In this document: positions 36,760 through 49,080 of the stretch, one piece after another
How positions within the stretch are numbered: position 1 is the first letter of the stretch
Layout of the letters: every line of letters starts with the position of its first letter
Assembly: GCA_008632985.1 (NCBI GenBank)
Contig: QPGO01000087.1
Span: 62,001-126,000 of the forward strand
Origin: Psammoneis japonica
Taxonomy: Eukaryota
Direction: 5' to 3'
Length of the DNA stretch: 64,000 bases
The notes under the pieces: model-generated
What the model was told of the DNA's origin: nothing
Databases searched by the model: none
The model's input: only the letters and a program-made list of their open reading frames with translations
Translations under genes and position numbers: made by a program

Positions 36760-39230
36760 ACTGTGGTTTTCATCATAATGTGTTTAGTGTTTTCACAGAA
36801 CCCATGCTAGTTGCTGAAGCAAACAACCAAGAGTGAAAACGACAAGACCTCGCGCTCGGCCAAGGACACAAGGAGAGTCATCATTTGCACACAGCTGTGC
36901 GGCACAACCAAAGATATTTCAAAGGATTACCTTCTGCTTCTTGGGGTGTTTTCCCTTGAGGTGCGCATCTGCGAGAAAAGCAAAGCTTTTCCTTGGCACA
37001 CCAGGGTGATGACCCATCCACCCTAGAGTGAGCAGGGGAGGGTTTGCAGCACAATTGAGAGAGGTGGGAAGCATGCAAGCTCTTTGGTTCTGTGTGAGTT
37101 GAGTTGTCATTGTGGTGTCATGCTGCATGCTCACCCTTCTGGCACAGCTCAATTCTCACCAAGTGCTCTCTTTCTCAGAAGCTTGGCAGCAGAAGGCTTG
37201 TTTTTGTTCAGTTGTGCAATGGCACAATTTGTCTTGATGCCTGCCCCGCCGGGTGCTCCAGGGTCAAGCACTTTGTCATGATGCCACAAACCACCACACA
37301 GAGCTCCTGCAAGGCTGTCAAAAGGTGGGCAGGACTGTGGGCTGGCAAAAGGCTCTGTTGTCATTGATCAAAAAGCACTTCCTGGCAAGCCTCTCAGCAG
37401 TTGTCAAGTTGTGCCATGGCTGCATGTGTGCCCAAAAGTGGCAGAAAGGCTTGATCCTGAACAGCAAGCTCCGGGCATTGCACGTGCTCTTTTCAATGAG
37501 AAAGGTCACACTTTCTCCACTCAAACTGCAAAAACTGGCTTTGATGCAATGAGGTGTGCCATGCAAAACACAAGAGCTCTTCATCACAAAGACATCTTGC
37601 CGCATTGAGACAGGCAGCATCACATCACTGGAGAGCATGCACCTGCTTCATCATGCAATGCCAAGTCATGGCCCAAAACTTGCTTCTGGTTCAGAACAAA
37701 AAAAAAACTGGACAACGCACAAGAATGATGGAACACACAACTGCAGGAGAAGTGTGCAAAGTCATTTTTGATGCCCTGATTGTTTTGACAATGTGCAACA
37801 AGTTCACACCATGCAAGCTGCAACATGTTGGCGAGATGGTGCAGATTGTTCAGAGCACACAGTGTGCACCAAACTGGCGTCAAACAAATGACCAAACAAA
37901 CCAAGGCACCTTTTCTTTTGACTTTTCTCTTGACAACTCATGTCAGTGAAGAGCTCATGTTGCTGAAGAAATGAGATCTAGCACAATGCCAGCCATGCAC
38001 TGGGACGTCGTGTTGGAGACATCACCCAAGTGTTGTGGCAATGGCAACAACAAGGGAGATGGGCGCATTGCTGAAAATTCAAAAATGTGGCACCTTGTTG
38101 GCAAAAGTCTAAGTTGGAGTTGAGGCTCACTGCCACCTCTCAATCTCTTGCACACTGGGGATTTTCTCATGCCTGCTGGTGCCATCACATTGCCTTGCTG
38201 GTTTTTGCTCTCATGCTGAGTTCGATGTGTTTTGGTTGCTGTGCTTGTGACACAGGATTCTTTGCTGTGAGCTGCTCTCTTCTTGATCTCATTTTGCCTT
38301 TTTGAGCAGAGGACCTTTCCTGCAACCACTGCTTTGAAGTGGCCACCGCGCTTGTGCTGGAGGCCCTGAACATCCATCTTTCCCTCCTTCAGGAAGAACA
38401 CAGCAGCCATTGGCAAGAACCAAGAACCGCCAGCCCCAGGCCAGACATGCTCAAGCCCAGAGCAGCCAAGCAAGACATTGGCACCACTTTGTGGCACATC
38501 TGTTGCATGTTTGCCTCATCTTCTGTGAGCAGTTTTTCTGTCCCCTTTGCTCTCTTGCAGGCTTCTTCATCAAGCGCAGCTCCCTTTGAAGACGCAGCTG
38601 TGGCGCTTTGTTGTGCATCAAGGGGGGGGCACAATCTGCCATCACAGAAAACTTCATGCCTGTGTCTCTGCATGCCATGCAACAGTGACATCCCAGTGTT
38701 GCATTTTGCCTCTTTCTTGCAGCAAACAAAACAGTCAGAAAAAATCTGCGCAACTTGAGCCAGCTTGTGCCAACTTTTTTTGTTTCTTCAAGAGCTTTTC
38801 TTGCACTTTTCCCTGAGAGCCCTCTTTTTCTTTGCATTGCACGCAATGACCTTTTTTTGTTCATTGCTGCAGCCCACAAGAAGCAGCAGCACAGCCAAAG
38901 CTGGAGCAAGTGTCGCTAGCCCTTGTTGTGTGCAGGAGGAGGCAGCAGAAGCACGCCTGTTGCAAAAGAGCATGTGCCACGGCACAGCTTCTTTTGACCT
39001 TTTCCTTTGGCCATGGCACACATTTTGCAGAGTGCAAGCCACTGTGCGCATCAAAGACTTTTCGTCTTGTTGCCAACCACTCAAAGACAGCTGGCTGCAC
39101 CTGGGGTCTCCCAATCTCCAAAGTTCCAACTTCAAGAACCTGAGGCAGGGTGGGGGGTTGTATTGAACCCAAACATGTGAGACCAACTGCTGTGCTCTCC
39201 ACACCCACCACCCCACTGCAACAAAGTGGA
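36760..39230. repeat. CpG- and TpA-depleted degenerate block D
   Basis: Same dinucleotide signature, starting immediately after the stop of the NPC1-like gene. Confidence 0.75.
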
Positions 39231-39232
39231 AC

Positions 39233-39526
39233 CACAGGCTCAGAGCAAACCTGGGTGTAACACCTGGCTACCCCGCAAAAGAACTCTGGAAAACCAAATT
39301 TACGTAGAAGAAGTGCCAGGGACCCAGCAGAAATGCCAAACAAGTCCGGAATTTCGTGATTTTTTTGACAGCCCTGGTGCTGATTCTACGATGGATTCTA
39401 CGCAGTTTCTGGATGTTTATTCCGGACTTATTTGGCATTTCTACTGGGGCCCTGGTGCTCCTTCTACGTAAATTTGGTTTTCCGGAGTTCTTTTGCGGGG
39501 TAGCTGGGTTTAACTCTGAGCCTGTG
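39233..39526. mobile_element. MITE of 294 bp with long (about 110-120 bp) inverted arms and a 7-bp target-site duplication GTGGAAC
   Basis: cacaggctcagag...gtccggaat (39233-39352) pairs with attccggac...ctctgagcctgtg (39419-39526). gtggaac lies at 39226-39232 and 39527-39533. Confidence 0.85.
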
Positions 39527-39588
39527 GTGGAACAGACGTACGGGTGCAGCAGCAGGCAGGGCGACGGGCGGATTGACCTCTGCTCCAC

Positions 39589-39660
39589 CGTGCGTGCGTG
39601 CGTACGTGCGTACGTGCGTGGCTGTCTCCACTCCTTCCGTCCATCCATCCATCCATCCAC
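39589..39660 (+). repeat. Tetranucleotide microsatellites (CGTR)n and (CCAT)n upstream of the U2AF gene
   Basis: cgtgcgtgcgtgcgtacgtgcgtacgtgcgtg and ccatccatccatccatccac. Confidence 0.7.
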
Positions 39661-39857
39661 CCGACTGCATGCCTCGCACCGCGCACAGCGCACACCCGCC
39701 CACAAACGCCAAACGCATAACGCATAGTCTACACGGTAACGCAAAGCCCAAAGCCCACAAAGTGAAGGGATTGTGACTTGTGTTTGAGAGCGGTTGCAAT
39801 CCGGTTGTTGCCACTGACTATTGTTTTTGTTTTACAGTACCCTCCTCTTGTATAACC

Positions 39858-41146
39858 ATGAGTAGTGCGTATGGTGATCGAAGCAGGCGTTCACGGTCCA
39901 GATCCCGCGAGAGAGCTCCGGATCCTCATTCCTACTACGCTCCACAATCATCACAGGTATGTTGAATCCGTTGAAACAGTTTTTCGGTGAAGCAAGCTCT
40001 TCTAACTTGCTATTATATTCCGCTCTCATTGTACAGCCTGTCATGCCCCCGCTTGCCGGCTTGGCAGCATCGGGTCTACCAAACGTTTTAATGGGTGCGC
40101 AGCAGGCGGCTCAAGAAAAGATCAACCGCGAGCTCTTTGTGGGCAACACTCCCCCGGGAACGTCCGAAATGCTGCTTATGCAGTTTCTCAATGGTGCCAT
40201 GCGTCGGGTCGGACTCTGCGAACCCAACGCCACCCCAATCATCAATTGCCGTGTCAACCAAAAATTTGCGTTTATTGAATGCACTTCAGCTGATATTGCA
40301 AACAAGGCCTTGGATATGAATGGAATCCCGTTCTTGGGTGCGCTACTCAAGATATCGCGTCCCTCCAAGTATGTCGGTCCACCGACGCCTTCTCGGACGT
40401 GGCAAGAATTGACGGGTCAAGAGGTACCCGCCAATGCTGTTTTAGATGCGTCGGCCCAAGACAAGGTGAACCGCGAATTGTTTGTTGGCAACACAACGCC
40501 CGAAATGACCGAGAGCATGCTGAAGGAGTTTTTGGGCAACGCCTTGCAACAAGTCGGTTTGACACAGGCCCCTGGAAATCCCATTCTCACGTGCCGAGTG
40601 TCAGGAAAGTTCGCCTTTATTGAATTGCGTACCCCCGAAGAAGCTGCCAAGGCGCTGAATCTCAACAACATACCCTATCTGGGAGCGCAGCTTCGTGTTG
40701 GACGTCCCAGCAAGTACACGGGCCCCGTGACGCCTCATGGCAATTGGGATGATATTCTGGCAAAGTACATGTCGGGCGAATTGCAGCTACCAAATAACGA
40801 GGGTGGTGCCGCCGCTGCTGCTGCTGCCCCGGCTGCAGTGACGAGGCCTCCCTCCAAGGTGGTGGAGCTCAAGAATATGCTCACGATTCAAGACCTCGAA
40901 GCCGAGGACGAATACAATGACATTATTGAGGACACCAGGGAGGAGTGTTCTCAGTTTGGTGTCCTCAAGGAAGTTATTATCCCCCGCAAGGACGAAACGG
41001 GTGCCACCAAGGTGTTTCTGGAATACATGTCAAACGACGACGCTGCCAAGGCGATTCAAGGACTGGCTGGCAGGACCTTTGATGGACGCAAAGTGGAGGC
41101 TGATTATTTCGATGAAACCAAGTTTGCAAACAAGGATTATTCGTAA
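39858..41146 (+). CDS. U2AF large subunit (U2AF65/U2AF2)-like splicing factor; intron 39957-40036
   Basis: Short RS tract (RSRRSRSRSRER), two RRMs (RELFVGN...FAFIE) and a C-terminal UHM (L.NML...EY.DI.ED.REEC.QFG...GRTFDGR). Confidence 0.85.
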
Positions 41147-41741
41147 ATGAGATGCGGGGCACAGTGGTTGTGGGAGAGAAAAGAGATGATATTGGTAGGA
41201 AAGAGCACCACATTTGACCCACCAGGATAATTGCTCAACCGTTTCGTTTCTGCTCTCCTTTTGTCTTCTGCCTTCATTCGTTTGCTTTAGGATATATGGA
41301 GCATAGCCTACAAGTGTATACGAATGTGTCATTATGTGCAGCTATCACACCCTCTGTCTTTTTGTCCTTTTTACTTTTCTCTTAGAACTACTTCTTCTAC
41401 CACCGCCTGTATCAAGAGCGAGAGCCAACGTTATGGCTGGTCGTACTCTGCACGTTGATCATAAGGTCATACCATGTACCGATTCTCTCTCACTTGCTAG
41501 CCGTTGCTCTCCCTTTCCATTTGCTACTACTCCGTCTTTGGTGCGCATCTTGTGCCATGATGCGGATGCTGAGCAGGTGTCCTTCGACACTTCTGAATGA
41601 AAATCCGTTGTACGCACGGATTCGTAGACGAATCTTTTCGTGCAACAGATCTTTGCCTGTTCAAAGTAATGTTCAACAAATACGAGAAGAAAAGATTGAA
41701 GACGCAACAATTTTATAGCAATGTTGTGCATTATCTATTCT

Positions 41742-43320
41742 CTATGCGGGTCCTGCAGCGACAGCCATATCCGGCTTTTCTACCGTCTTTTCGTTATCAT
41801 CGTTTTCCTCTTGAACCTGCTGTTCTTTCTCACCTGCGTCGTCTGGATTTACCTGGTGTGCATGGCTGTGGTGCATTATTCCCTCCTTCAATCCACCCCC
41901 TTCAGGCCAAAAGCAGGCATATCCCATTTGTGCCAGCCCGGCGGGTCGCGAACTCCTTCCCGAGATGGAAGATACCATTTCAGTCCGTTCTGGTGGTGCC
42001 GGAAGGTTTTGAACATTCTTGTTTATTTTGTAAAATAGCTTGAAAGGCTCAATTGGAGCCAACGCGTTGACTGCGGTCCTGCATGCCCAAGGTGGAAGTC
42101 CACCAGGATTCGCGTGTGCCAATAGATAGAATCGAGTCTTGTTGGGATCATCTGGGTCTTTCGAAATGACTGTCGATGAGAGGTAAGGAAAAACAAAATA
42201 AGAGTCTGATGATGGTGCCACACATGAAACGTTACAACTTCAAAAACGCAACAAGCAAAGGTAACTTACAATTAGCACCTCTCAAAGCGTAAGCTCGACA
42301 GGCTTTGCCTTCTTTCTCGGTCGTCACAGCTGGCGCATCCGGATGTTCTACAGCCTGATTGACAACCACCTGTGTTCCGTCTCGCAACCATCGATGATGG
42401 CAGTAGGTAACAAAGTCACGCGGTTTGATAAAGAGAATCTTTGGGCATTGTCCCCAACATATTTTTGAGTGCGGCGTAATTTCCTCCAAGTCTCGACTCT
42501 TCTCCATCAAATCATTGTATTCGTCCATGCGACTTTTGTCCGACAAATAGGCACACACGTGCTCAATAGGTGCGTCTATTGTGGCATAAACCTTCACACA
42601 AGGGTATTCCTTTTCGTCGTCTGAGTGGCCTTCTCGTGAATCAGGCATCCACTTTATGTAGCATCTCGTAGTGCTGTCAGGGTTGAACTTTTTTCGAAAC
42701 ATTTTTTGACATTCGACTTCTCTCCATCCGTCTTGTTCCCCGGCTTGCTCAAACAGCATCTTCTCTGCCCACTTTTCTACTTCCGTGGCAATCTTTTCCA
42801 ATTCTCGTTGGCGCTGCTTCCGATGAAGCAACCCCGAGATTCCCGTCTCGTCGTGATGATCCTCCACACCGCCCTGGCGCTTTAGCCTCTGGATCTCTCT
42901 CCTAAGAGTTTCAATCTCAAGCCTCATGCTTTTTAGCTCATTCAACGTTTCACTCATAACATCTGCCATTTTTGGCCGTCTTGGTGACGGGGTGAGTAGG
43001 TTTTCTCGAATTCCATAAAAGAATCCCACGTCGCTCGGCAACTTTTTTAAACGACTTGATACTTGTTCTGCTGTGTTAAATATTGCTGATAACGAAAACC
43101 GAGTTTTGCTTCTTGTCTTGGATGTTCGTCTCGTGTACAAGGCTGGGGTTGCTCGCGTCAAGGTCGAAGATAGCGACGGATAATGCATTGCGTTAGTTGC
43201 TGAGGAAATAACCTGGAACTTCAAAGACACCAACAAAATCAAAAAGTACCGAGGTATCCGCGAATGAATTATCAGTTGCCGGCATTTTCTTATTCGTGAT
43301 GACTTGATGTGATTCGACAT
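41742..43320 (-). CDS. START/SRPBCC lipid-binding domain protein with N-terminal coiled coil; intron 42170-42269; start codon uncertain
   Basis: VKVYATIDAP, RMDEYND, IKPRDFV, RAYALRGAN|FIS, AHANPGGLPPW. Confidence 0.8.
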
Positions 43321-44010
43321 GGTGTAAAAAAAGTCGACCGTAGAGGTTTCGGTACTTATGTGAAGGAGTGCAACTGTTGATAATGCAGAAAGGAGAGAAG
43401 CAATTTCACCGCTATTCGTTTCCAAGTACTTTGCCGTCAAATATCGCAAACTGTTGATAACGCAGAAGGAAGAGAGGAAACGTCACCTTTCTTCGCCTGC
43501 TAGTTGCTTAGCTTCTTTGGCTGTTGATGGCATCAGCAATCAGCACGGAGCACGGCGAAAATCGAGAGATATCCGCATCGTCGGTCTGAGGTCTGAGCAG
43601 CAGCCAGGTCGGAACGGCATCGGCATCGGATCAAAAACCTCAATGGCACGCGCGCGATGCGCGATGCCGCATGCCGCACGAAACAGTAAAGGCTCCCGTC
43701 TGCGGTGGGACCACACAGGCTACGGTATGAAGATGAGAGCGGAAGTATGGTAGGGTAGGCCCTGTGTGACGACGACACTGGTTTTTGTGCTGGAAGGTGA
43801 TCGACTCCGACTCTTCTGGCTGGAAATGTGACGGACGGCTGCATACCGGCAGCTATTGGAGGGCAAGAAAGTGCGCCCAAAGCGAACTCTTCCCACGCGC
43901 AAAATAGTGTGCTAGACTATCCTTGATCCACCTTTTTGAAATCCTGTAGGAACCCTAGACTAAGCAGCAGGAGGGGAAAAGATAACTTCTCTATAATTGC
44001 CCAGACGGCT

Positions 44011-44560
44011 TCAACAGTTGGGACTTGAGTTTACTTCAACCACGGGGGGTTCTCTAAAAGAAATTATGCCGTCAGTCAGGCATCTATTTCCGTCTCGCAA
44101 GAAGGCGTCGTTGTCTCCTGCCTTTGGATTGTCTATCATTCTCTCAATGTTAGCCACCTCTTCTTGTTGTTGCTGTCGCTTGACGACTAGTATCTCTTGA
44201 CGCAACATGTCAATTTCAGATCTGGCTTCTCGCAATTCATCAAGAGTTGCCGTCATAATCTCATTCAAGCGGGGCGCCCTCGGCGGAGACTTGAGCAAGT
44301 CGTGTCGAATGCCATAAAAGAATCCAACTTGCGAATTTTTCAATCTATTCGAAACTTGTTGACAGATTTGTTACTATCATCGTTGTGCTTGTTCTGTTCC
44401 GCAACCAAAGATGGGACCGATCGTGTCAAGGCGAATAATCCGTCGATGCTGAAGCAACGCGTGCCTCAAACGAAACCAATGCAACTAAAATGCACCAGAA
44501 AAGTCGCAAATTCACTGCAGGACGTCTTTCTCGCCTTCTTGCGTTATTGCTTGAAGACAT
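44011..44560 (-). pseudogene. Truncated, frameshifted paralog of the START protein N-terminus (no START domain)
   Basis: QVSNRLKNSQVGFFYGIRHDLL.SP.R.P...IM..TL.EL...R.EI..LR.EI matches QVSSRLKKLPSDVGFFYGIRENLL..SPRRP.M..VM..TL.EL...R.EI..LRREI. A signal-peptide-like segment lies in another frame. Confidence 0.65.
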
Positions 44561-45168
44561 GATACAAAATACTGACACTTTTTCGGAAATGCTGCAGCAG
44601 GCGCAATCGTGAATGTTTTCCCGCCAATATACTGTATTTTTTGAGCCTTGAGAAACCGCAACTGAAACAATGATCAACGCCGCTCAATTCGAAATTTCGA
44701 ACAGAAAGAAGGACGAAGATGATTCTTGTGAGATTCCAATTAACAACAATCGCGTTGTTGAGAACCTTTGTTGTTTGAGTTTCAAGTTGTCTTTCTCGTT
44801 TTCTTTTTCTTTGGCAGCTGGAGATGGAGGGGGGCGGGGGGAGACAAAATCCGAAAATGATCCACCATCCAAACAACCTCAACATCGACGTGGCACATCG
44901 TAGTACGGGAATACGTAGAAATCTACACAATCAAAATGACATCATGTCAACATACAAGTATTCGTGGTGCATATCAGATAGTGAGACCCTTTTGATTGTA
45001 TGAAACCACACGAGAACAAGACACACACAACTACTTTTCTCTCCCTCGCAGACATCACTCATCCCTCGCCCGTTGTCCCGGCGGCGTGTGATGTTGTTGT
45101 TGCTGCTGTCGGCAACGCCAATGCCACATTGTGAGAGCGTGAGAGCCTGAACGTTGATAGAGAGCACC

Positions 45169-48100
45169 ATGAGCCCCGACACTAACTCTATAATACCGCA
45201 ATGGATCGTCAGAATACATGAATTCCGAGAAACCTTCATACGGACACGGATAGATCCGGTGGCAGAGATTCTTTTTGGACCGCTCGAAGAAGAGGGAGAC
45301 GAATTCGTTGTTGCGTATGGATCGACGTTTGATGACGGCCACAGACGACTCAACTTTCTTCCCAGTTATGTAGAGGACGTGTCGAAATTTCGAGAAGCAA
45401 GCATGTCCTTTGCGTCGCTTGTCATGCTGTTTGTGGTGATGAGTTGTTTGTTTTTGGTCTTTGTCAGTTGCTTTTATCATAATCAGAAAACGAGTCCGCT
45501 GTTTATTTCTCCACGACGTCATCGATTACCAAAGCTTGTTCCACCGCCATTACCAGTTGACGGATTTTTTAGTTGGGTAAGGAACACGAGATACTTGTAT
45601 GGTCGCGAAGCGTTCTAGTCGTAGCATTGTGCTCAGCCGTCCTTTCTTCTTACGATGCGTCAATAGGTCAAGGTTTGCTTCTACATATCAGATGAGGAGG
45701 TGAGACTTACTTTGTGCATTCTCCTCTTGTTGTTTTCTGTATTGTTTCTCAAATCAAATTTTGCGTGACTGTTTCATCTTCTGAAACCATCTACACAGAT
45801 TATAAGCCGCATTGGATACGACTCGCTCATTTTCTTGAGATTCCACCGCCTCGCTCTCCGATGCATTGTAAAAATGTCTGTCTTTAGCTTTGTGGTGCTC
45901 TTGCCACTGAATTTTACAGGCGGTGGACATGCCAATGCCAGTGACTTTCAGGGTTACATGGGATCCTTGCTTTTTACGGATTTCTTGCGTTTTACCATGG
46001 CGAACGTGACGGGCGGATCACCGCGCTTGTGGGTGCACTGCTTTGCGGCCTACCTCTTGACGGGAATTGTCGTAAAGGAGTTGCTTGTCGAATACGAAGC
46101 CTTCAACAACATCCGGCATCGTTATCTGCTATCGAGAGAGCCTCATTTGAGGAGTGTATTGGTGACAAACATTCCGAGACACTTACGAACTCCGAACAAG
46201 ATTGAGAACTATTTCAAACACATGTATCCCGATGCCGTCAAGTCTGTAGACATGTGTCAGAATCTCATTTACTTGGAGGGGCTCATCCAGCATCGCACAG
46301 TCTTGCTTGCTACGATTGAGAGCGAGCTTTTGCTCTTGTGCCGTTACGAGAAACGAAAGCTCTTTCAGCAGTCGAGATGGCAGAGTTTCAAGACTGCCAT
46401 TCTTGCGTGCAAGTGCTTTGAACGTTTCGGAATTGTGGGTGGGTCACAAGAACGATTAACCTCGCTGTACTCTCAATTAGAAGATATGAATGAGCAAATT
46501 GTTTACGAGATGAAAAGACGGAGGCGCGTAATGAAGAAATTGGACAAGATGGAAGCTTGGGAAGGGAGGGGAGATATTGATTATGTTTTGGCTTCCCCGT
46601 TTGTTGATGATCCCAGGGAAACCGAACCAAAGAAAGCTGAGAGCCAAGGATACCACCCGCCAACGATCGACGCTCGCCTGAACCCTGACGGAACCACCAA
46701 GGCCGATTCTTCAGACCCAGAAGCCCATGGTCTTCCGAGCGATGCCAAGGTTCACTTTGCGACGATGCATGCTGAAAAGTCGTCTGACGGACCGGTTCTT
46801 AGAGCAGGCTCGCCTTCGGCTGAAGCAAAAGTCCATGGGGGAGGAGCAACTCAAATCAGAGGCGATGGTTCGGAAGAAGACGATGATGTGTTCGACAAGA
46901 AGAAAAGGAAGAAGTCTTCAAGGGCGAGGAGCGCAATCAAACGCTACGTCAAAACGGTTCGAGGTGTCACCCTTTTCGGCGGGGTGTCACAGAGCTCCGT
47001 CGAAGGACATATCGAAGCTCATATCAATGAAGTCACTGATAAGGCATTTGTCACTATGAATACTTTCACAGCATCGACCATTGCTATTCAATCTCTTCAC
47101 TCTTCCAGGCCTGGCTCTATGCAAGTAAAGACCGCACCCGAACCGAGAGACATTCTTTGGAACAACATCTATATATCAAAGGGTGCTCTTCGCACTCGCT
47201 CTTACATTGGCGAGTCGCTGGTGCTATTGTTGATTGCGTTCTACGTAGTGCCTATGGCATTTGTGTCGCTCATGGTGAGCGAGTCCGCGTTGGTCTCATC
47301 GTCACCTCGACTGAGACAGTTGGCACAGGCGTCGGCTTTCTTTTCTTCGGCGATATCAACTGTTCAGCCACTGTGCATTGTTGCTCTCCAGCAGCTTTTG
47401 CCACCTTTGTTTATTTTTATTGGACGAGCAGAGGGCCTCGTGTCTTTTAGTGAAGTCCAGATGAGAGCCTTTTCGCGGTACTTTCTCTTTCAGGTCGTCA
47501 ATGTGTTTCTTGTTACTACAATTGCCGGTTCCATATTTGATACTATTGCGATTATTGCGGAGAACCCAGAGACCATGTTTGAGATGCTGGGAAACTCTCT
47601 GCCAAAAATGTCTTCTTTCTTTATCACGTTTGCGACCATCAAGACATTCCTTGGGCTGGGGATGGAATTGGTTAGAATAATGTGTCTTGTACAGGCCTCG
47701 CTTCGGTACATTCTATTTCCCAACGCTACTTTGAGGACTCAGAGAAGCGTCAAACTGGGAATGAGAGCGATCGATGACCCTGGATGGTTTCCATTTCACA
47801 AGATCCTTGCCCAAGATATGCTTGTTGTGGTCATCAGCATTGTGTTTGCGATTGTGGCCCCTCTGGTGTTGTTGCCATGTGCCCTATTTTGTGGTTTCAG
47901 TCGTATCTTGTGGACTCATCATCATCTCTACGTTTACGAAAGTGTGTTTGAGACTGGCGGACAATTCTTTCCCAAGATATTTAGACGATTCGTGTTCGGG
48001 TTGATTATTGCGCAAATGACAATCACTGGGCAATTCATTCTGAAAGAAGCCAGGCATGAAGCGTACGCAACAATCGCGCTCATGTTCATGACGTACTTTT

Positions 48101-48720
48101 TTCTTCGCTCTACAAGAGCACGGTATGATCCGTCGAGCTCGACACTTCCGCTTGAGGTTGCTACTGTGATGGACATCAGCCTGGTTCAAGAGCAAGAGGC
48201 CGTGAGTAGAGCTCAGAAGAAACACGACAAGCAAAAAGGCAAGGTACCCACTCCATTAGAAGCTCAGCCTAGTGACTCGAAATCACAGACGAATCCTGAA
48301 AGTGCCGACTCAGACCATGAGACATACGAGCAACTATTGGGAACACGAATAGGCGGATTTGATCCTTTTGAGCATGCCTATTTGCAACCGACTCTCCGTG
48401 CAAATCCACGGGCAAAACCGGAACAGCCTTTCCCGCCGGCTCAACTCGGTCGAGAAGAGTGGTTGGGGCGCCCACCGCAAGGCGTTGATGGCGACAACTT
48501 TGGATTCGGCGACGATGGTGTTTGTGACAACGGCGCAACTGTTCGCCTCAAGTCTTTGAATCAGCAAGATCGTCGTCTTGTGAACAGATGGTGGAATGAT
48601 CAACTACAACGGTGTGGAAAGCAAAACATTTGGGGAGTTCTAGTGGGAACAGAATGTGGGACGCTGACGTTGGGTAACAAAACTCATCATGTTGAAATGC
48701 GTGGCCACCAGTTTGTGTGA
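45169..48720 (+). CDS. OSCA/CSC1/TMEM63 mechanosensitive channel; two introns flank a 33-nt exon (45667-45699)
   Basis: IGYDSLIFLRF, TMANV, LWVH, SVLVTNIP, APEPRDILWNN, LPKMSSFFITF, YVY...FETGG.FFP. Confidence 0.9.
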
Positions 48721-49080
48721 ACTAATAGGACTTCACTGTGCTTCAGGTTGCGTAGTATCATACACTAACTCGCAAGTCGATGTTCGATCTCCATACCTTC
48801 ACATTCATCATTTCACCATTGTTTGGATATACTCGCCCTCCGGTCCATCCAGCTTTCACAATCGCTCAGAGCGATGCCGTTGCTTCAGCACATGTAAAGC
48901 TTCTGAAAAGCGCAGGAAACTTAACATAAGATGAACGGAACACTTGTCGATTATGGGTTGCGTTTGATTAATATTTTTACTGGAATGAACGATGTGATGC
49001 CCTCCGACATTTCATCCGTGACTCTACCTCTAATTTCTACTACTAGGCAGTAAGTGAGAGCTGCTGTGACGTACAACGAT

